A DNA stretch of 64,000 nt from Octopus sinensis. Its lineage: Eukaryota. How positions within the stretch are numbered: position 1 is the first letter of the stretch; every line of letters begins with the position of its first letter. The notes under the pieces are model-generated. The model was given only the letters and a program-made list of their open reading frames with translations, did no database searches and was not told the DNA's origin. The stretch is from positions 3,594 through 67,593 of the forward strand of contig NW_021836314.1 of NCBI RefSeq assembly GCF_006345805.1. The letters are read 5' to 3'. Positions 38,790 through 52,841 of the stretch are shown here, one piece after another. The translations under genes and the position numbers were made by a program.

Positions 38790-39560
38790 ATATGTATATC
38801 TACCTCTGGGTGCGAGTATGTGTGCGAACCTCGTCCCGGTAGTGGTGTTCTTTTTACCTGTCGATATAGTTTATTATCGAATCTAAAGGTGTTGTCTTCT
38901 AGTTCCCGGCGTGTGTCTTTGGAAATGTGTTTTGAAGCGTTCGTCCATCCGTCCGCTATGTTTTTCTACCCAGTGTTTGATTGCTTCCAGGCCCAAAGTG
39001 TGATGTATTTGTACAAAGATTAGTCAAATCTTTTAAGTATAGTACGTTCTGGGACAGTGGGTGGAATGTGTTTGATGAAATCCATATCGTCTCGGGTATA
39101 GCTGGGCATTAATGGGCACAACGGTTTGAGGAGTATATCCAAAAGATGGCTCAGTTGTTGTGTTGGGGCTCAGGGTCCAGCAACTGTTGGTCTCAATTTG
39201 ATGTCAGTAGGTCTTAGTATTTTTATATGCTGATCCTTGCATTTTGGAGCATTCGCAGATCTTGGGTGATCCATAGAAATTACTCTCTTTCATTACAGAG
39301 CTGCATAAATAATCTTTCTCATTATCTGTGAACGAACGTTGGTATTCATTTATCTGACTTTTGGGTGTATTCATTATTACTTTTTCCGGGTGTCTTGGTT
39401 CTTCCTTGTAGCAGGATTGGTCTGTTTCCAATATTTTATTTTTATAGTAGTCTTGGTCCGTGACTGCTTTCACCCTTCCCTAATCGGTTTCTTTTAGGAT
39501 GATTGAATTGTCATTCTTCAGTTTGTAAGGCTTTCTTTTCTTCTTCAGGAAGGTTCTGTT
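38790..39560 (-). mobile_element. Penelope-like RT fragment, decayed
   Basis: Minus-strand NFYGSPKI, LRPTVAGP..PTQQLSHLLDILLKP..P.MPSYTRDDMDFIKHIP motifs. Confidence 0.75.
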
Positions 39561-41908
39561 CGCTTTACGGATATTTTATTATATATGATATAAAACGGAT
39601 TTAAGTCACCACGTAAAGTATGAATGAAAAACACATATGCATGTAAAATATGAGAAAAGAATGGATGTTCAAAATATTTGTGATTTGAATTAGATTTACA
39701 AAGCCTTCGTTGCAACATCAGTTTTCAGTGGAAGATATTTTTATCATCTCAGAAGTCAGCTTTATTTATAAATATCTTGTTTCTGTCCAATGAGCATTCC
39801 ATTTGTTATTACACTTTGCTGTCAAAAGTAATTTACCTTTGCAAAAGTAAACTCCTTTCCTTTGCTTAGTTGATGCATAAAAGTTCTTCACAAAAATAAA
39901 CCCCCAAAACTTCAAGACTGAAATAATAGACTAGGAAGGAAAACATAACAGAAATAGAAAGGGATTTATTAATAGAACTGGTGATGGTAGAGTGGGGAAA
40001 CCCTGATATAATTTTGAGTCATGTGCTACAAAGGAGAACAACCTTACATGGTGATTTAACTGGCTTAGGGTGTTATTTAAAAAAGGGATGTAATTACATA
40101 CATTGCCTTAGTTTTTTAGTCTTTGTTTAGCCCTTTGCTCCTTACTCTTGCTGTATTAAACCTCAGTTTGTTCCCATTATTAACCACCTATGCTAAATCC
40201 TTCATCCCCTAAATAGCATCCCTGTTCATCATTCCTGTAAAGGTTGACCTGCAACAGCTCAAACGGAATATTAATGATATCTGTCTCACAAGTATTGGAG
40301 ATCTTGCAGGAGTTAAAAAACTTGTATGATCCTTTCTCCAAAATCGGTAAAATAAAAAGTGTGGGATTTTAACTCAGATCACAAACAACTGGACAATATA
40401 CTGCAAGGTGTCATATTCGACGTCCTCATAGTTGCATTTGTTCATTGAACTGTTATGGTTCTTTATTGATCTCGGAAATGAATGACCCAAGGTTGACCTT
40501 GGCGGGACTTGAAGTCAGATTGCCGAGTGTCAGAACGTGATGTATTCTGCTAGACGGTCAAATGATTTGTGCCAAACCTCGCTCAAGTTATGAACGATGA
40601 AAATATCTAACTTATTAAACAGAACTTCAACTTTACTATTCAACATCTTGAGTTATACGAGATTTAGGAATTCTATTATTGAAACTTTTCTCTTTATTTT
40701 ACATTAGGATTTCTCATTTTGTCAAAACGTTCCAAATGTTTTGAGAAATAGATCTGATCGAATGAATTGATCCACTTTAGTATTAGGATATTTGATTAAA
40801 ACTGAAAGTTTAAGGTGATTAATGCAATGATGCAAGCCAATTAACTGGAAGTAATCACCTGGAAGAGCAATGTGTTGCAACAGAGTATTTGTTATGATTT
40901 ATGTATCAAATAATTACTCTTTTTTATTCTATTCCATTTCTTGAGACGTTAAATTTTAATAATTTACTTAAAAATTGCGTAAGATTTCAGGTGAACGGGG
41001 ATACATCAATCAGCCGAAACTTCAAATAACCTTCCATAATTTTGTAATAAGGTTTATTGTGTTCATGATAGGGTAAATTTTTCTGATGACATTCTATCAA
41101 AAATAAATTCCTCATAATTTGTTAAAATAACACTATTTTGATTTCTTCACTTAGGTATTTTAAGAATTTGGTAATTTAAGCGGATCTCGTCATTATCTGC
41201 TGTTTAATCCATCTGTTTCATTTTTAATTATAAAAATAATAATTTCTTCCATAGGAACAAACCTGAAATTTTGGGAAAGGGACAAGTCCTTTACATTGAT
41301 CTCAGAGATTAATTGCTATTTATTTTACTGACTCCAAAAGAATGAAAAACAAAGTCAACCTCGACAGAATTTAAAATCGAAACGTAAAGACGAACGAAAT
41401 ACCGCTCAACATTTTGTCTGGCGTGCACAACGATTCTGATAGCTCGCTGCATATTCTATTATAAAATTAACACAAACAATAATTAACAATTATTCTGTGA
41501 CACGATCAACTGATATTATATCATATTACTGTAATAATAAGCAACAATTCAACTAATTAATGATATAATATAACTATGTGGAATACACGTTTTCTTAGCA
41601 CTAAAGTTTTTATACTGTCCGTTCATTGAATATACCGTAAGATTTGATAAGTTCAGACAAATGACATCAAAGTCAGATACTAGTCAGATCCAATCACTGT
41701 GTATGAGATGTTATATATTATAAATTCAATATGGTAAGAAACAGTTTATTTGACTTCACAACAGGTAACATATCGATTTGTTTTACTCTAACATAAGATT
41801 GTGCTTAAGGCTGTGAGATAAACAGCATAAGCGATTAGCTGAGAACATAATCAATGAGAATTTAAAATATTGGATGTGGAAAATACGTAGAAAGTGTCAA
41901 ATACTTAC

Positions 41909-42099
41909 AAATATTCAACATTCGTCGGAATTGGTTGTGGAATTGATAGTAAATTGCGACGTGCACAATTTATTCTCGTTGTAAGTGAATTGCAAGTACA
42001 TATCTTGCATATATCTGAATCAGCTTGAGTCTCCAAAAACAATATCGTACACAGTATCAACACAAGAGACCGTCTATATGATACTACGTGGTGAAACAT
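41909..42099 (-). CDS. First coding exon: signal peptide + LRR N-terminal cap (LRRNT)
   Basis: MFHHVVSYRRSLVLILCTILFLETQA-DSDICKICTCNSLTTRINCARRNLLSIPQPIPTNVEY(L) has a hydrophobic leader and a CxxCxC...C...L.SIP..IP LRRNT pattern. Acceptor ttttcttcttttacag lies just upstream (exon starts 42119); phase-2 donor TT|gtaagt at 41908. Confidence 0.92.
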
Positions 42100-43264
42100 A
42101 TTGCCAGGCGTAGATTTATCTGTAAAAGAAGAAAATAGGAAATGTCAGAGATTTCAATGTTATTAACTTCAAATTGCAGATTCTCCGAAGCAACTAAAAT
42201 TCACCCCTGTTCCACATGACAAATATATTTTTGTTTTCGTGATTGGATATTTAAAGCTAAAAAATTAAATTTCGATAAATTAGTGTGAAGAAATTTATAA
42301 AAATATTATAGCTTTAACGCGTAATAATATCAAAGAAAACACCAAACACACACACACAAACACAAACGCACTCCTACACACATCTGTAACCATCTTCGGG
42401 GGTGGGGTCTAATATATTTACAAAACTAGTGAACCATGAGTTTCGTAGACCCTAAATACGCAGTGGTTGTAAACCCGGTTGGGTCGTTAAATCCGATGGG
42501 ACCCCACAAGCAACTGTATGGTAACAAAGGATTTTTCCTGTACCCCAGTTTTAGAAGCGTTCATACAAAGTTTTCCTTAAATGAACTATCATGATTTCAT
42601 TTTACTTACTTTTTTTTTACTGAAAACAAGAATAAAGCATGAACGTAAATCTATATATATAAAACTCAACTTGTGTGTCTGTCTGTGTATCTGTGTGTGT
42701 GTCTGTGTCTTTTACTTCCCGGCACATCTCCTCCTAGCCAACAAATCGTAGAACCACCAAACATGGGTCACTTAAAGTTTAGGCGAATGAAAATTGAACT
42801 GCGCTATTTCTGTTCCGAAATTCATCTCGCAAGTGCAAAAATCGATAATGTGTTTGTTTAGGCCTTCTCCCATGCATTGAATAGTGAACTTTACTCAGTC
42901 AGCTGTTTGACGTGAACTGTGTTCACCACGCATGCAAGCATGCGTAAATTGCATGAAAAATAAACAAATCACGATATAAAAACGAATCGCCGTAAACATT
43001 GTAGAAATTCGGCAAAGAAATGAATTTTCGGGGTGTAGCCTGGAGGGTTTTTTCGTATTAATCGTTGGAACTTTGTGAACTCATACCAATTGTTTTCATA
43101 ACATTTTTAACGCTTTGAATTAAATATGACCATTTTGCGTTGAGTCTGCAGTTTGAATCACTAACCAAATTTTAGCAGGCAGGATTTTTGATCATCACAA
43201 TATATCGCCAGCGACTCCCTGAAACTCTCCTCTGATATCCTCGTTGAGAAATACTGTTCTAAAA

Positions 43265-43455
43265 GAATAATTCAACAATGCAATTTTCTGTATGTTATAT
43301 GTGTTTGTAAGTCCTGGTGTTTTTGTTATGTATTTGTCTGAATATTTTTTTATCATGCCTAATGCACCTACTATGATAGGAATTGTTTCTGTTTTTAGAT
43401 TACACATTATGGTTACCTCTATTTCTAGGTCTTTGTATTTTGAAAGTTTTTCCGT
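43265..43455 (-). mobile_element. R4/Dong-like LINE 3' fragment
   Basis: KYKDLEIEV...NLKTETIPIIVGALGMIKK...IQKIALL. Confidence 0.7.
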
Positions 43456-44619
43456 TTCTTTATTGTTATTATTATTCTTATCTGTGTCCGGTTTTGGAGA
43501 CTAGTTGTTCGGAGCTCTAAGTTTTCTTTAGAATTTGTTGTTACAATGTCGTTTTCAAAATTTTATTGACGACAGAACCCACCTCGCTGTAAGCGGGGCT
43601 AGCTGCAGTGGCCAGAATTCGCCCCTTAAAGGCGAATTTTGAGTTTTAAAAACTACAATTTAATATTTTATAAAGAAAAAGTTCAGTCTGGCTTCCCAAA
43701 TCGAGGCAATAAAGGTTCTTACATCATCCGTTTTGACATTTTGTCACCTCCGCTTGTTAATATTTTTGAGAAACAATGCAAAGACAGCAGCAGCAACAGC
43801 AGTAGTAGCAACAACAACAACAGCATCACAACCATCAGCACCAACAAAAACATAACAGAAAAATGAAGAGGAGGCAAGGAATCAATCCACTTTGACCCTA
43901 AAAAAGAAGACACACCACCAGAAATAGACAGCTGATTCTTGGTGGTAGATGTCCTCTTGGACATATAGGTCAAAACGAGCATCTTACAGATGCGGAAACT
44001 TTACAAACAAAACTATTCGGGTCAAGGCCTAAAATTGTGGGTGAAAATGGACAGCCAAAGTCTGGACACAATTCCAGATATCATAAATTCACACGTTGGC
44101 ACCAACCTCCACGTGGCCTTTGAAAGCTGATGGTTTCGGTATCATCTGTGTGGGAACACAAATCATCTAAAATTCTTCTATTGCCCACAACAAATTAGAG
44201 AAAGGAGCCTCTCAATTTTGCCAACATCATCAACACCACCACCACAGCAACAATAACAACAATAGCAACAGCACCAACAGAGGCAGGTGACCATCGTGGC
44301 TACAAAATCAAGAATAACAGTAGCAGCAACACTAATCGCAGCAGCACGGGCAGCAGCAAAAACAACAGCATCAACCCCGGTCCCCACCACCAAAAACGCA
44401 ACAACGTTATGAATAGGACAACGCCAAAAAGCTCTACAAGATTTGCCCCTCCCCTGTTCGGAGCACTCAGACATACCTTGCGCGGATAGGGACGACGAAA
44501 GACCAAAATGGCAAGAGGTCGCCTGAACACACAAAAGAAAAAGAAACAGAACCAAAAACACACAGACAATTCAGACATAGACTTGCCCAAATGCATCAAT
44601 AAATTAACATTGATATTTT

Positions 44620-45735
44620 TTCACCGTTGTTGCAATCATCTGAAATGCAACTGTCAAAGCGCGATATTCGAGCAATTTTGCTATTCAACATCAAAAAAGG
44701 ATGTAAAGCAGCTGAAACTTCTCACGATGTCAACGAAACGTTTGGTGAGGAAATGACCAGTGAGTGGTCAGTTTGAAAATGGCTTAAACGATTTAGCAGT
44801 GGAAACCTGAAAATCTTGAGCGTAGTGGACGCCCGTCTGTCATCGATGACGGTCAACTGAAGATCGTCATTGAGAAAGACCCACGTAAAACCACTCGAGA
44901 ACTAGCAAAAGAACTTCAAGTCAGCCAGAAAATGCCTGAAACCATTTGCATGCGATCGGAAAATCAGAAAAGCTCGACAAATGAATACCACACGATTTGA
45001 ATGAAAATCAGAAAATGTGAACTTATGAAATGTGCTCGTCACTTCTTCGCCGAAACCAGACCGATCCAATTCTTGACCGTATTTGCGATGAAAAGTAGAT
45101 TCTGTATAATAATAGAAAATGTTTTTCGCAGTGGATGGACCCAAATGAAGCACCGAAAAGCTTCCCTAAACCCGATCTCTTCAAAAAAGAGATTATGGTG
45201 ATTGTTTAGTGATGTGCCGTTGGACTCATCCACTATAACTTATTAAAACCCAGAAAATCCATTACTGCAGAAACATATTACCAAGAAATTGCCAATGTGA
45301 ACGAAAAACTGCTACTCCTCTGTCTCAGACTGGTCAACAGAAGAGGGCCAATCATTCTTCATGACAATACTCGACCACACGTTTCACTAATGACGCTCCA
45401 GAAGTTTAGGGAATCTGGCTACGAAGTTCTTCCTTACTCAGCCTACTCCCCAGACCTTTCTCCCAACGTCTATCACTTTTTCAAGTATCTTTATGGTTTC
45501 CTTCGAGAGAAGGAGTTCAAAAATCAAACCGATGCTGAAAGCGCGTTCAAAGAGTCCATCAGCTCCAGAACTCCAGATTTTTATGTTAACGGAATAAACA
45601 AACTTTGTAACTCATTGGCAAAAATGTGTTTATAGTAATGGTACAGACTTTGATGAATAAAATTTCCCCATTGCTGGAATACATTGTGATGAATTTCACG
45701 TTTCAAAACGTTGCTTACTTTTTACTCAGCCTGAT
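44620..45735 (+). mobile_element. Mariner (Tc1/mariner, DD34D-type) transposon, decayed
   Basis: Frameshifted transposase: RSGRPSVIDD, DPRKTTRELAKEL, IPHDLNE, DEK.ILYNN, LHDNTRPH, YSPDLSPNVYHFF; right TIR-like end tactttttactcagcctgata. Confidence 0.92.
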
Positions 45736-45749
45736 ATTTATTTCCATGT

Positions 45750-45970
45750 CAAACGGGAATGAGGGGCGGGGTGGAATGGCAGTGTTGTCCCAGAGACGCC
45801 TGGATCTCAACACAAAGATTATCTTCCTGGACTCAGAAGGTAAGTTGGTGGTCCTGGACGTCGTGAACAGTAGTAACGGAGGTGTCCTCAGTCTGGTGGC
45901 TGTTTATGCCTCGACACGTTCAGGATAGCTGAACATCTTCAGACGTCTGGAGGTTTTCCTTGGAGTGTCT
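45750..45970 (+). mobile_element. L1/Tx1-like AP endonuclease fragment
   Basis: GRGGMAVL...IFLDSEGKLVVLDV...SLVAVYA resembles a LINE APE domain. Confidence 0.5.
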
Positions 45971-45974
45971 AGAC

Positions 45975-48900
45975 CAGGTGTCTGTAACCTGTGGCACGCG
46001 TGTCATGTGTAGCACGCGGAACAATTCACAATGGCATGCACACCACTTGGCAAAAAATAAAAGTAAAATTTTATTTATAACTAACTCTGAGGAAGCGACA
46101 TCATAATAATTAAATTACATATCTTTTTTACGATCCATCTATTCTAGCCTAAACTATCTGAAGTTAGTTGTATTTGGTAGTATTACATTTCCTTAAAAAT
46201 ATAGTACTACTGAACACAATTTTGATACGAAATTATGAATGTTAGCACAATTAATTTGTTTGTAAGCTGGTGCTGAAAGCATTTCTATGGACTTTATTAC
46301 TGAAGCCGGGAGCTAGAGGTGCGAACGCTTATTGTTTCGAACTCGGCTGTATATTTGGTTGACCACTTTACAGCAGCCAGTCTAAATAAAGACACTCTTT
46401 AAAATCGGCTGCTACATTGCGGGTCGTCTATAAGTAGACGCTTTTAAAATTATTCTCACATTTTGGGAAGAAAAAGCGGTAACGAGTAGGGTTTTCAAAA
46501 GGAATTAAACATGAAAAGTCAAAAATTATAGTTATTTTCTTAGGTTTCAATTTCTCCTTCGGAAGTTAAGTTGTCTGATCTTTTGGGTATATATTTTTTT
46601 GTTTATACATATCATTTATTTTAATCTAATTATTTTATTATTACAAAAATTAATTCATTAAATTAATTTCATTCTTTTTTACTATTTATTTTATTCTAAT
46701 TATTTTATTTAGTTATTTTTATTTGTAGAACCTAATTTAAGGGTTTATACACCTGACATATCAATTATCAATATATAGTGCAGCAAATTGCATAACAAAG
46801 GACCAAAATTTGACGTTCGTTCATTTCAAGATTTCTGGAGCACTGAGTATGGATTTGTACAACAAAATCATCGAGTTGTGTGTGCGTTCTGCTGTGAATT
46901 TGTCGTATGTCGTACATCAAGTGTTCAAATACACTATCAAACTAGACACCAGACTATGTCTAAAAACGCTGATGATAAAAGGCAAATCATAAAAAGGGCT
47001 ATTTCTAGTTACAAATGAAGGACTTCTGTTTTTGTTCAAATGCTTGGAACCAACAATGAAGCCAAATAATGTAGTTAGACAATTGCTCAATGTATAGTTG
47101 AGAAAGGTAAACCTTTAACAGTCGGAGAATTTATCAAAAAAGATTTTCTGAGAAGTGCAAAACTTTTGTTCAGTGATCAAGCAAACGCTGAATAAATACT
47201 GTCTCGAATTCAAGAAATACCAACTTCTGCATGATCAGTTGAGAGACGTGTAACTGATATAGCTGAAAACATAATTATAACACAGAAAGTTAGATTACAA
47301 AAAGCTGCTGCATTCAGTGACCCCTATCGATGAAAGTACTCAAGTGAATGACATGGCGCACCTAGCAATTGTTGCAAGATGCTGGGACAATGATCGTATT
47401 TACGAAGAATCATGTTGTTTGATTATTCCTCTTACCAATACATCTACAGGACAGGACATTCTGACTGCATTTCTAAATTATTTCGAAAATCAAGCCATTA
47501 ATACAAATAAAATATTTTGTATTACTACTGGTGGTGCACGTGCAGTGGGTGGAAAGGAAAAAAAGATTTATTAAGCGTCTTGAAAATCACATTTCACGCA
47601 GTTTAATGTGTTTTAATTGCATTGTACATCAGGAAAATTTAGTTGCAAAACTTTCGTCACAAAGCTTGAGTTCTGTCGTGGAAACTGTTGTTAAAATAGT
47701 TAACTTCATGGTTTCTTGCTCTTCACTGACTCACAGACAATTTAAGTCTCTTCTGCAGGAACTGGACAGCGAATATGCAGACTTCCCACTTCACAGTAAA
47801 GTCCTGCAGCGTAGACTCGGTTAAAATTTCTCTCTCCCATTTATTATATATACGTGCATTCGAACGTAGAAGGGAACAGCTATCCGGTTGCCGCTATTTG
47901 GATCCCGTTCTGTCCACTACTCTGATTAGTTGGTATTGGCGCAATTTGTCGCGCCAAACTACCGCGTATCACCAGTCGGAGTCAGCCTGTTCTCTACCCC
48001 GTTTTGGCCTACTTCTCCTTATAAAAACTCAGCCTTTTCTCCTGTCGTCTTTTGGTTCCAGACCTTTTAAGGTATAGGCACTGACCACAAAGACACAGCC
48101 AGTTCCAGAGACTTACCAACTTTGTCCAACAGCATTCCAACAACCTCCGAATTCGTCGCCACCACCATGTCCTTAACGTCTTCAACATCATCTCTCTACG
48201 TACACAGCTCTGCAAGCGATGCATCCAGGTTCCAACACTTCACTGTTCGTGAATTACTTCATCATGGGTCAACAACAAATATACAACCAGTATGAACTCC
48301 TGTACAAGTTACCCAGGCAGCAGCATCACAGCCACGACATCACGTTCAACATATACCTGTAATTGTCTCCTACATCTATGAACCCATACGCATACATTCT
48401 GTTCTCATGACGGCATGTCTATCGTTCAGTATACATGATGCACACACAGACACATCCGTTAACATATCAATAAATCTTCTTTTAATCATTCTACGCGGTT
48501 GTCTCCTTTATCCATCTGGCAAATAGATGGTACTATCAATTTTCTCTTTATTGTAAGGGCTGTGTGATGTGGTACTAAAGAGCCATTCTTGTCAACTCGC
48601 ATCGCACGGTCCTTACAGTCCGTTGGCTTTGTCGGGGTAATGTTTTGAACAGATTTGTATCATGCTTAGAAGAATATTTCTTGAAAGGAAACAGTTGCCA
48701 GAATTGAACAACGAAGACGGTTTATTTAAACTGATGCTTCTAACTGACAGTCACTTGAATGATTAAAATTTGCATTTACAAGAGAGAGGTCAAACAGTAC
48801 TTGATGTTTTTGAATATTGGAAAGGATTTTGTTAAAATCAGATTTTTTTTGCGTGATAAACTTAGCAATACATAAAAATACTTTCCAAATGTAAAAGCTT

Positions 48901-49300
48901 ATTCAAATCGATTTAATATTTAATAAAAACGAACTTCAAAAATATATTGCAACGTTGAAAGAAGAATTTTCCAAGTGAGATAAATATTTCAAAACAAATT
49001 CTCCTATATTTTCATTTCTCATCAAACCCGACTTTGAGGGATTTGAAAACGAACCCAATTCATCTATCACTTTTGGGCTCAACAACAAATATACAGGATA
49101 GCTTTGAAGTGGAAATGATTGAATTAACCACTTCAGAATTATGGGGGGAAAATTTATGGAACTACGAAAATCTCTTGAAAGAAGCAGCTTACAGAATTCA
49201 GTTGCCATCTTCAATCGCTGGGAGACGTTGCCTGAAAGATTCAATTCTTTGAAGAAAATCGCCTCAGCTCGGCTTTCACCCTTTAGCTCAACATATACAG
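45975..49300 (+). mobile_element. hAT transposon (SPIN/Buster/GTF2IRD2-like), decayed
   Basis: 5' end caggtgtctgtaacctgtggcacgcgtg; BED-finger-like VCAFC...HYQTRH; DEST...AHLAI, ITTGGA, CIVHQENL, HSKV|RWLCRG, and F..TY motifs. Confidence 0.88.
47805..48617. mobile_element. Solo LTR (TG...CA) with 4-bp target-site duplication GTCC, inserted in the hAT transposase
   Basis: aaa-gtcc|tgcagcg ... cttaca|gtcc-gttggc. Removing the insert and one GTCC rejoins HSKV-RWL. Confidence 0.82.
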
Positions 49301-50010
49301 GATTACCCCAAATCAACAGAACCTATAAAATTTCGGTTTCCCTCTACCAAATCCACTCACAAAGATTTGATCATCCCGAGACTATAGTAGAAAACAATTT
49401 CCCAAAATGCCATGCAGTGGAAACTGAATCTGGATCTACGTGCTTGCGGAGCAAGTTTCTTACCACACAGCCACGCCTATGCATGTGTGTTTATGTATAA
49501 GTCTATATATACGATGGACAGGACAAACAAATATTTAAATAATATTTCTGACGTGCGTGTAACAAAGTTATTCTATTACGTTGCATAGTTATAGAAAGAT
49601 AGAGAGAGAGGGAAAAATAAATCATATATACGCGTGTGTGTATAAATGTTAAATCTTAAAAGAAAAGTAACAAAAATTGATTTCACTATTTGCGTTCTGA
49701 GTTCCTTTCCTGTCGAACTCCCCTTTGCCTTTCATTTCTCAGAGGTGCTGAAGTCCAATTACTCGACTTTCGACCTTCCCCACAAAAACACAACCACTGG
49801 CCTTGTACCTAATCCAGAAACCACTTAGTAGGTGGCAATCTAGGATTTTAGGACAAAGAATTGCTACGCGGTGTCATATGTAATCATGTATGATTATACA
49901 AAGATGCATGAGGATATATATACATACACAAACGCGCACAAATATGTGTGTGTATGAGTGTGTGTGTGCACATGAGTGTGTGTATCTATGTACATTTGTA
50001 TATATATATG

Positions 50011-50109
<99 letters not shown>

Positions 50110-50550
50110 GTATGTATGTATATATGTATGTACAAGCGAGCGTGTGTCTACATGCGTGTGTGAATACATGCACATATGTACGAAGCGAAACATTCACACA
50201 CACACACACACGTATATATATAGGTATATAAATACATAGATATATATTCATACGCATTTAGATGTATACACACGCATATATGTGTATTCTTTTTCTTTAA
50301 TTCTTTTACTTGTTGAAGTCATTTGCCTGCGCCCATGCTGGAGCACTATATCAAAAGCCTTGAAGCCCAATAAATTGACATCAGGGTATATTATTTGTAA
50401 GCCAAATACTTATTTTATTGGCCTCTTTTGCCGAACCGCAATGTTAAGGAGGGGAGCGTAAAAAACCTGCTGTCAAGATATGAAAGGGTAACAAACATAG
50501 TCGCAAAGACAGAAACACACATACACAAACAAACTCACACATATATGCAT

Positions 50551-50589
<39 letters not shown>

Positions 50590-50622
50590 TAAGAAAGTTT
50601 GTTTGGTAAAGCACGTGGGTGA

Positions 50623-52841
50623 ATATATAAGAAAATAGTAAAGAGTGAAAAAACGACAGAAGGCTTAAATATTAAAAAATATATATATTTGTGTGAAAAT
50701 GTCTGGAGAATATTCGAAAAATTTTTTTCCTTTCCTTAAAATGACATAATTTTATAATTTTTAAAGAAATACCGGTTTCGCGTGTAGCTTTTCAAATTTC
50801 TTGTGACGTTATGTTTATATTGCATGGAGTTATCGTTGTGTTTATTTTCAGGAGATTTCTAAATAAGGGGAGGTAGTGAGTGATTTCTTCCGGTGTAAGG
50901 GAGATAATCGCTTAAAAATTTTTTTCCTTTCCCTTGTTAATTTCTCTGTATCAGTATGTTCGGATGGTTGAGTCTGGGTTTGTACTTTTCAATGAAGAAT
51001 GTTTCCTTGTTCAGTCTCATTTGTGTTGATAATCCGAAAGCACATTGGTAAAATGGGAAGATTAAAAATTGTGGCAGTAGTTGCTTTGCGCATTTCTCAA
51101 TGTGCTCACTAAAAGGTATCATTCTATATTCTGGGAATGCAATCTGTTGTCGATGCAGTGTGCATCTACGCCTGAGTGATAGTCCCGTGGAACCCACGTA
51201 GTCTTGGTGGCAGCCCGAGCATTTAATGACATAAATTATGTTTTCAGAGGCACAAGTAAAGTTAGATTTGATCTTGAATTTTTGTCCCTCTTTAAAGAGG
51301 AATTCTGATCCTTCTAGCAGGTTAGGGCATGTTGCACAGTTCGATCTACCATATTTTTTTACTTTTGCATCCGTAGTTTCAGAAGACAATTTTGCCTTTG
51401 TGAGAATCTTCTTAAGTGATTTAGGCTGTTTGTAGCTTTTAATGATTTGGTGTATGTTTAGAATTTCCTTTAATTTTGGGTTTTTATGAAGTATTGGTAA
51501 ATTCTGGGTGATGATGGTGAAGGCTTCTTTGTTTCTGGGGTTGTATGTAGATATATAAGGTAGTATTTTCGGGGAAGGTGTGTTGTTGTGTTGAACTTTT
51601 CTTAAAGTTTCTATGTTGATTTCTGTTGCACGTCTGATCCCATCCTCTAAGAGTTGAGCTGGGTAATGTCTGTCAATTAGGGTGTTTTTGAGTTCTTGCA
51701 GTCTAAAGTTCCTGGTATTTTGTTCTGACACTATTGTGCATATCCTTCTTGCAAGGTTGAAGGGGATGTTTGTTTTAGTGTGTCTTGGGTGGCATGAATT
51801 AAAAAGAAGGTATTGTTTGGCGTCTGTGGCTTTGTAAAAAATGTCTTCAGAAATCAACATAGAAACTTTAAGAAAAGTTCAACACAACAACACACCTTCC
51901 CCGAAAATACTACCTTACATATCTACATACAACCCCAGAAACAAAGAAGCCTTCACCATCATCACCCAGAATTTACCAATACTTCATAAAAACCCAAAAT
52001 TAAAGGAAATTCTAAACATACACCAAATCATTAAAAGCTACAAACAGCCTAAATCACTTAAGAAGATTCTCACAAAGGCAAAATTGTCTTCTGAAACTAC
52101 GGATGCAAAAGTAAAAAAATGTGGTAGATCGAACTGTGCAACATGCCCTAACCTGCTAGAAGGATCAGAGTTCCTCTTTAAAGAGGGACAAAAATTCAAG
52201 ATCAAATCTAACTTTACTTGTGCCTCTGAAAACATAATTTATATCATTAAATGCTCGGGCTGCCACCAAGACTACGTGGGTTCCACGGGACTATCACTCA
52301 GGCGTAGATGCACACTGCATCGACAACAGATTGCATTCCCAGAATATAGAATGATACCTTTTAGTGAGCACATTGAGAAATGCGCAAAGCAACTACTGCC
52401 ACAATTTTTAATCTTCCCATTTTACCAATGTGCTTTCGGATCATCAACACAAATGAGACTGAACAAGGAAACATTCTTCATTGAAAAGTACAAACCCAGA
52501 CTCAACCATCCGAACATACTGATACAGAGAAATTAACAAGGGAAAGGAAAAAAAATTTTAAGCGATTATCTCCCTTACACCGGAAGAAATCACTCACTAC
52601 CTCCCCTTATTTAGAAATCTCCTGAAAATAAACACAACGATAACTCCATGCAATATAAACATAACGTCACAAGAAATTTGAAAAGCTACACGCGAAACCG
52701 GTATTTCTTTAAAAATTATAAAATTATGTCATTTTAAGGAAAGGAAAAAAATTTTTCGAATATTCTCCAGACATTTTGACACAAATATATATATTTTTTA
52801 ACATTTAAGCCTTCTGTCGTTTCTTCACTCTTTACTATTTT

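Larger units (their letters stand above)
964..42099 (-). other. Multi-exon gene (partial, continues beyond left edge): signal peptide-LRRNT-13xLRR-LRRCT-Ly6/uPAR-like domain-further extracellular sequence
   Basis: 19 coding exons found by hand, all with canonical AG/GT sites. Phases are compatible (2 through the LRR region, 1 after LRRCT, 0 inside the Cys domain) once small indels in five exons are corrected. Domain order is coherent for an extracellular receptor. Confidence 0.88.

Noticed and set aside
40290-41040. Possible extra degenerate LRR exons near 40290-40360 (..LQDLQYL|gtgag) and 40960-41030
   Set aside because: No matching acceptor at the right distance, frames broken, and similarity could be chance.
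964-42099. Assigning a gene symbol (SLIT, LRRC15, TLR, LGR, VLR)
   Set aside because: Only generic LRR similarity. The architecture with an LU-like domain matches none of these and the C-terminus is outside the window.
42650-43260. Possible non-autonomous Helitron starting tctatatatataaaa
   Set aside because: Could not identify a convincing 3' hairpin plus CTRR end.
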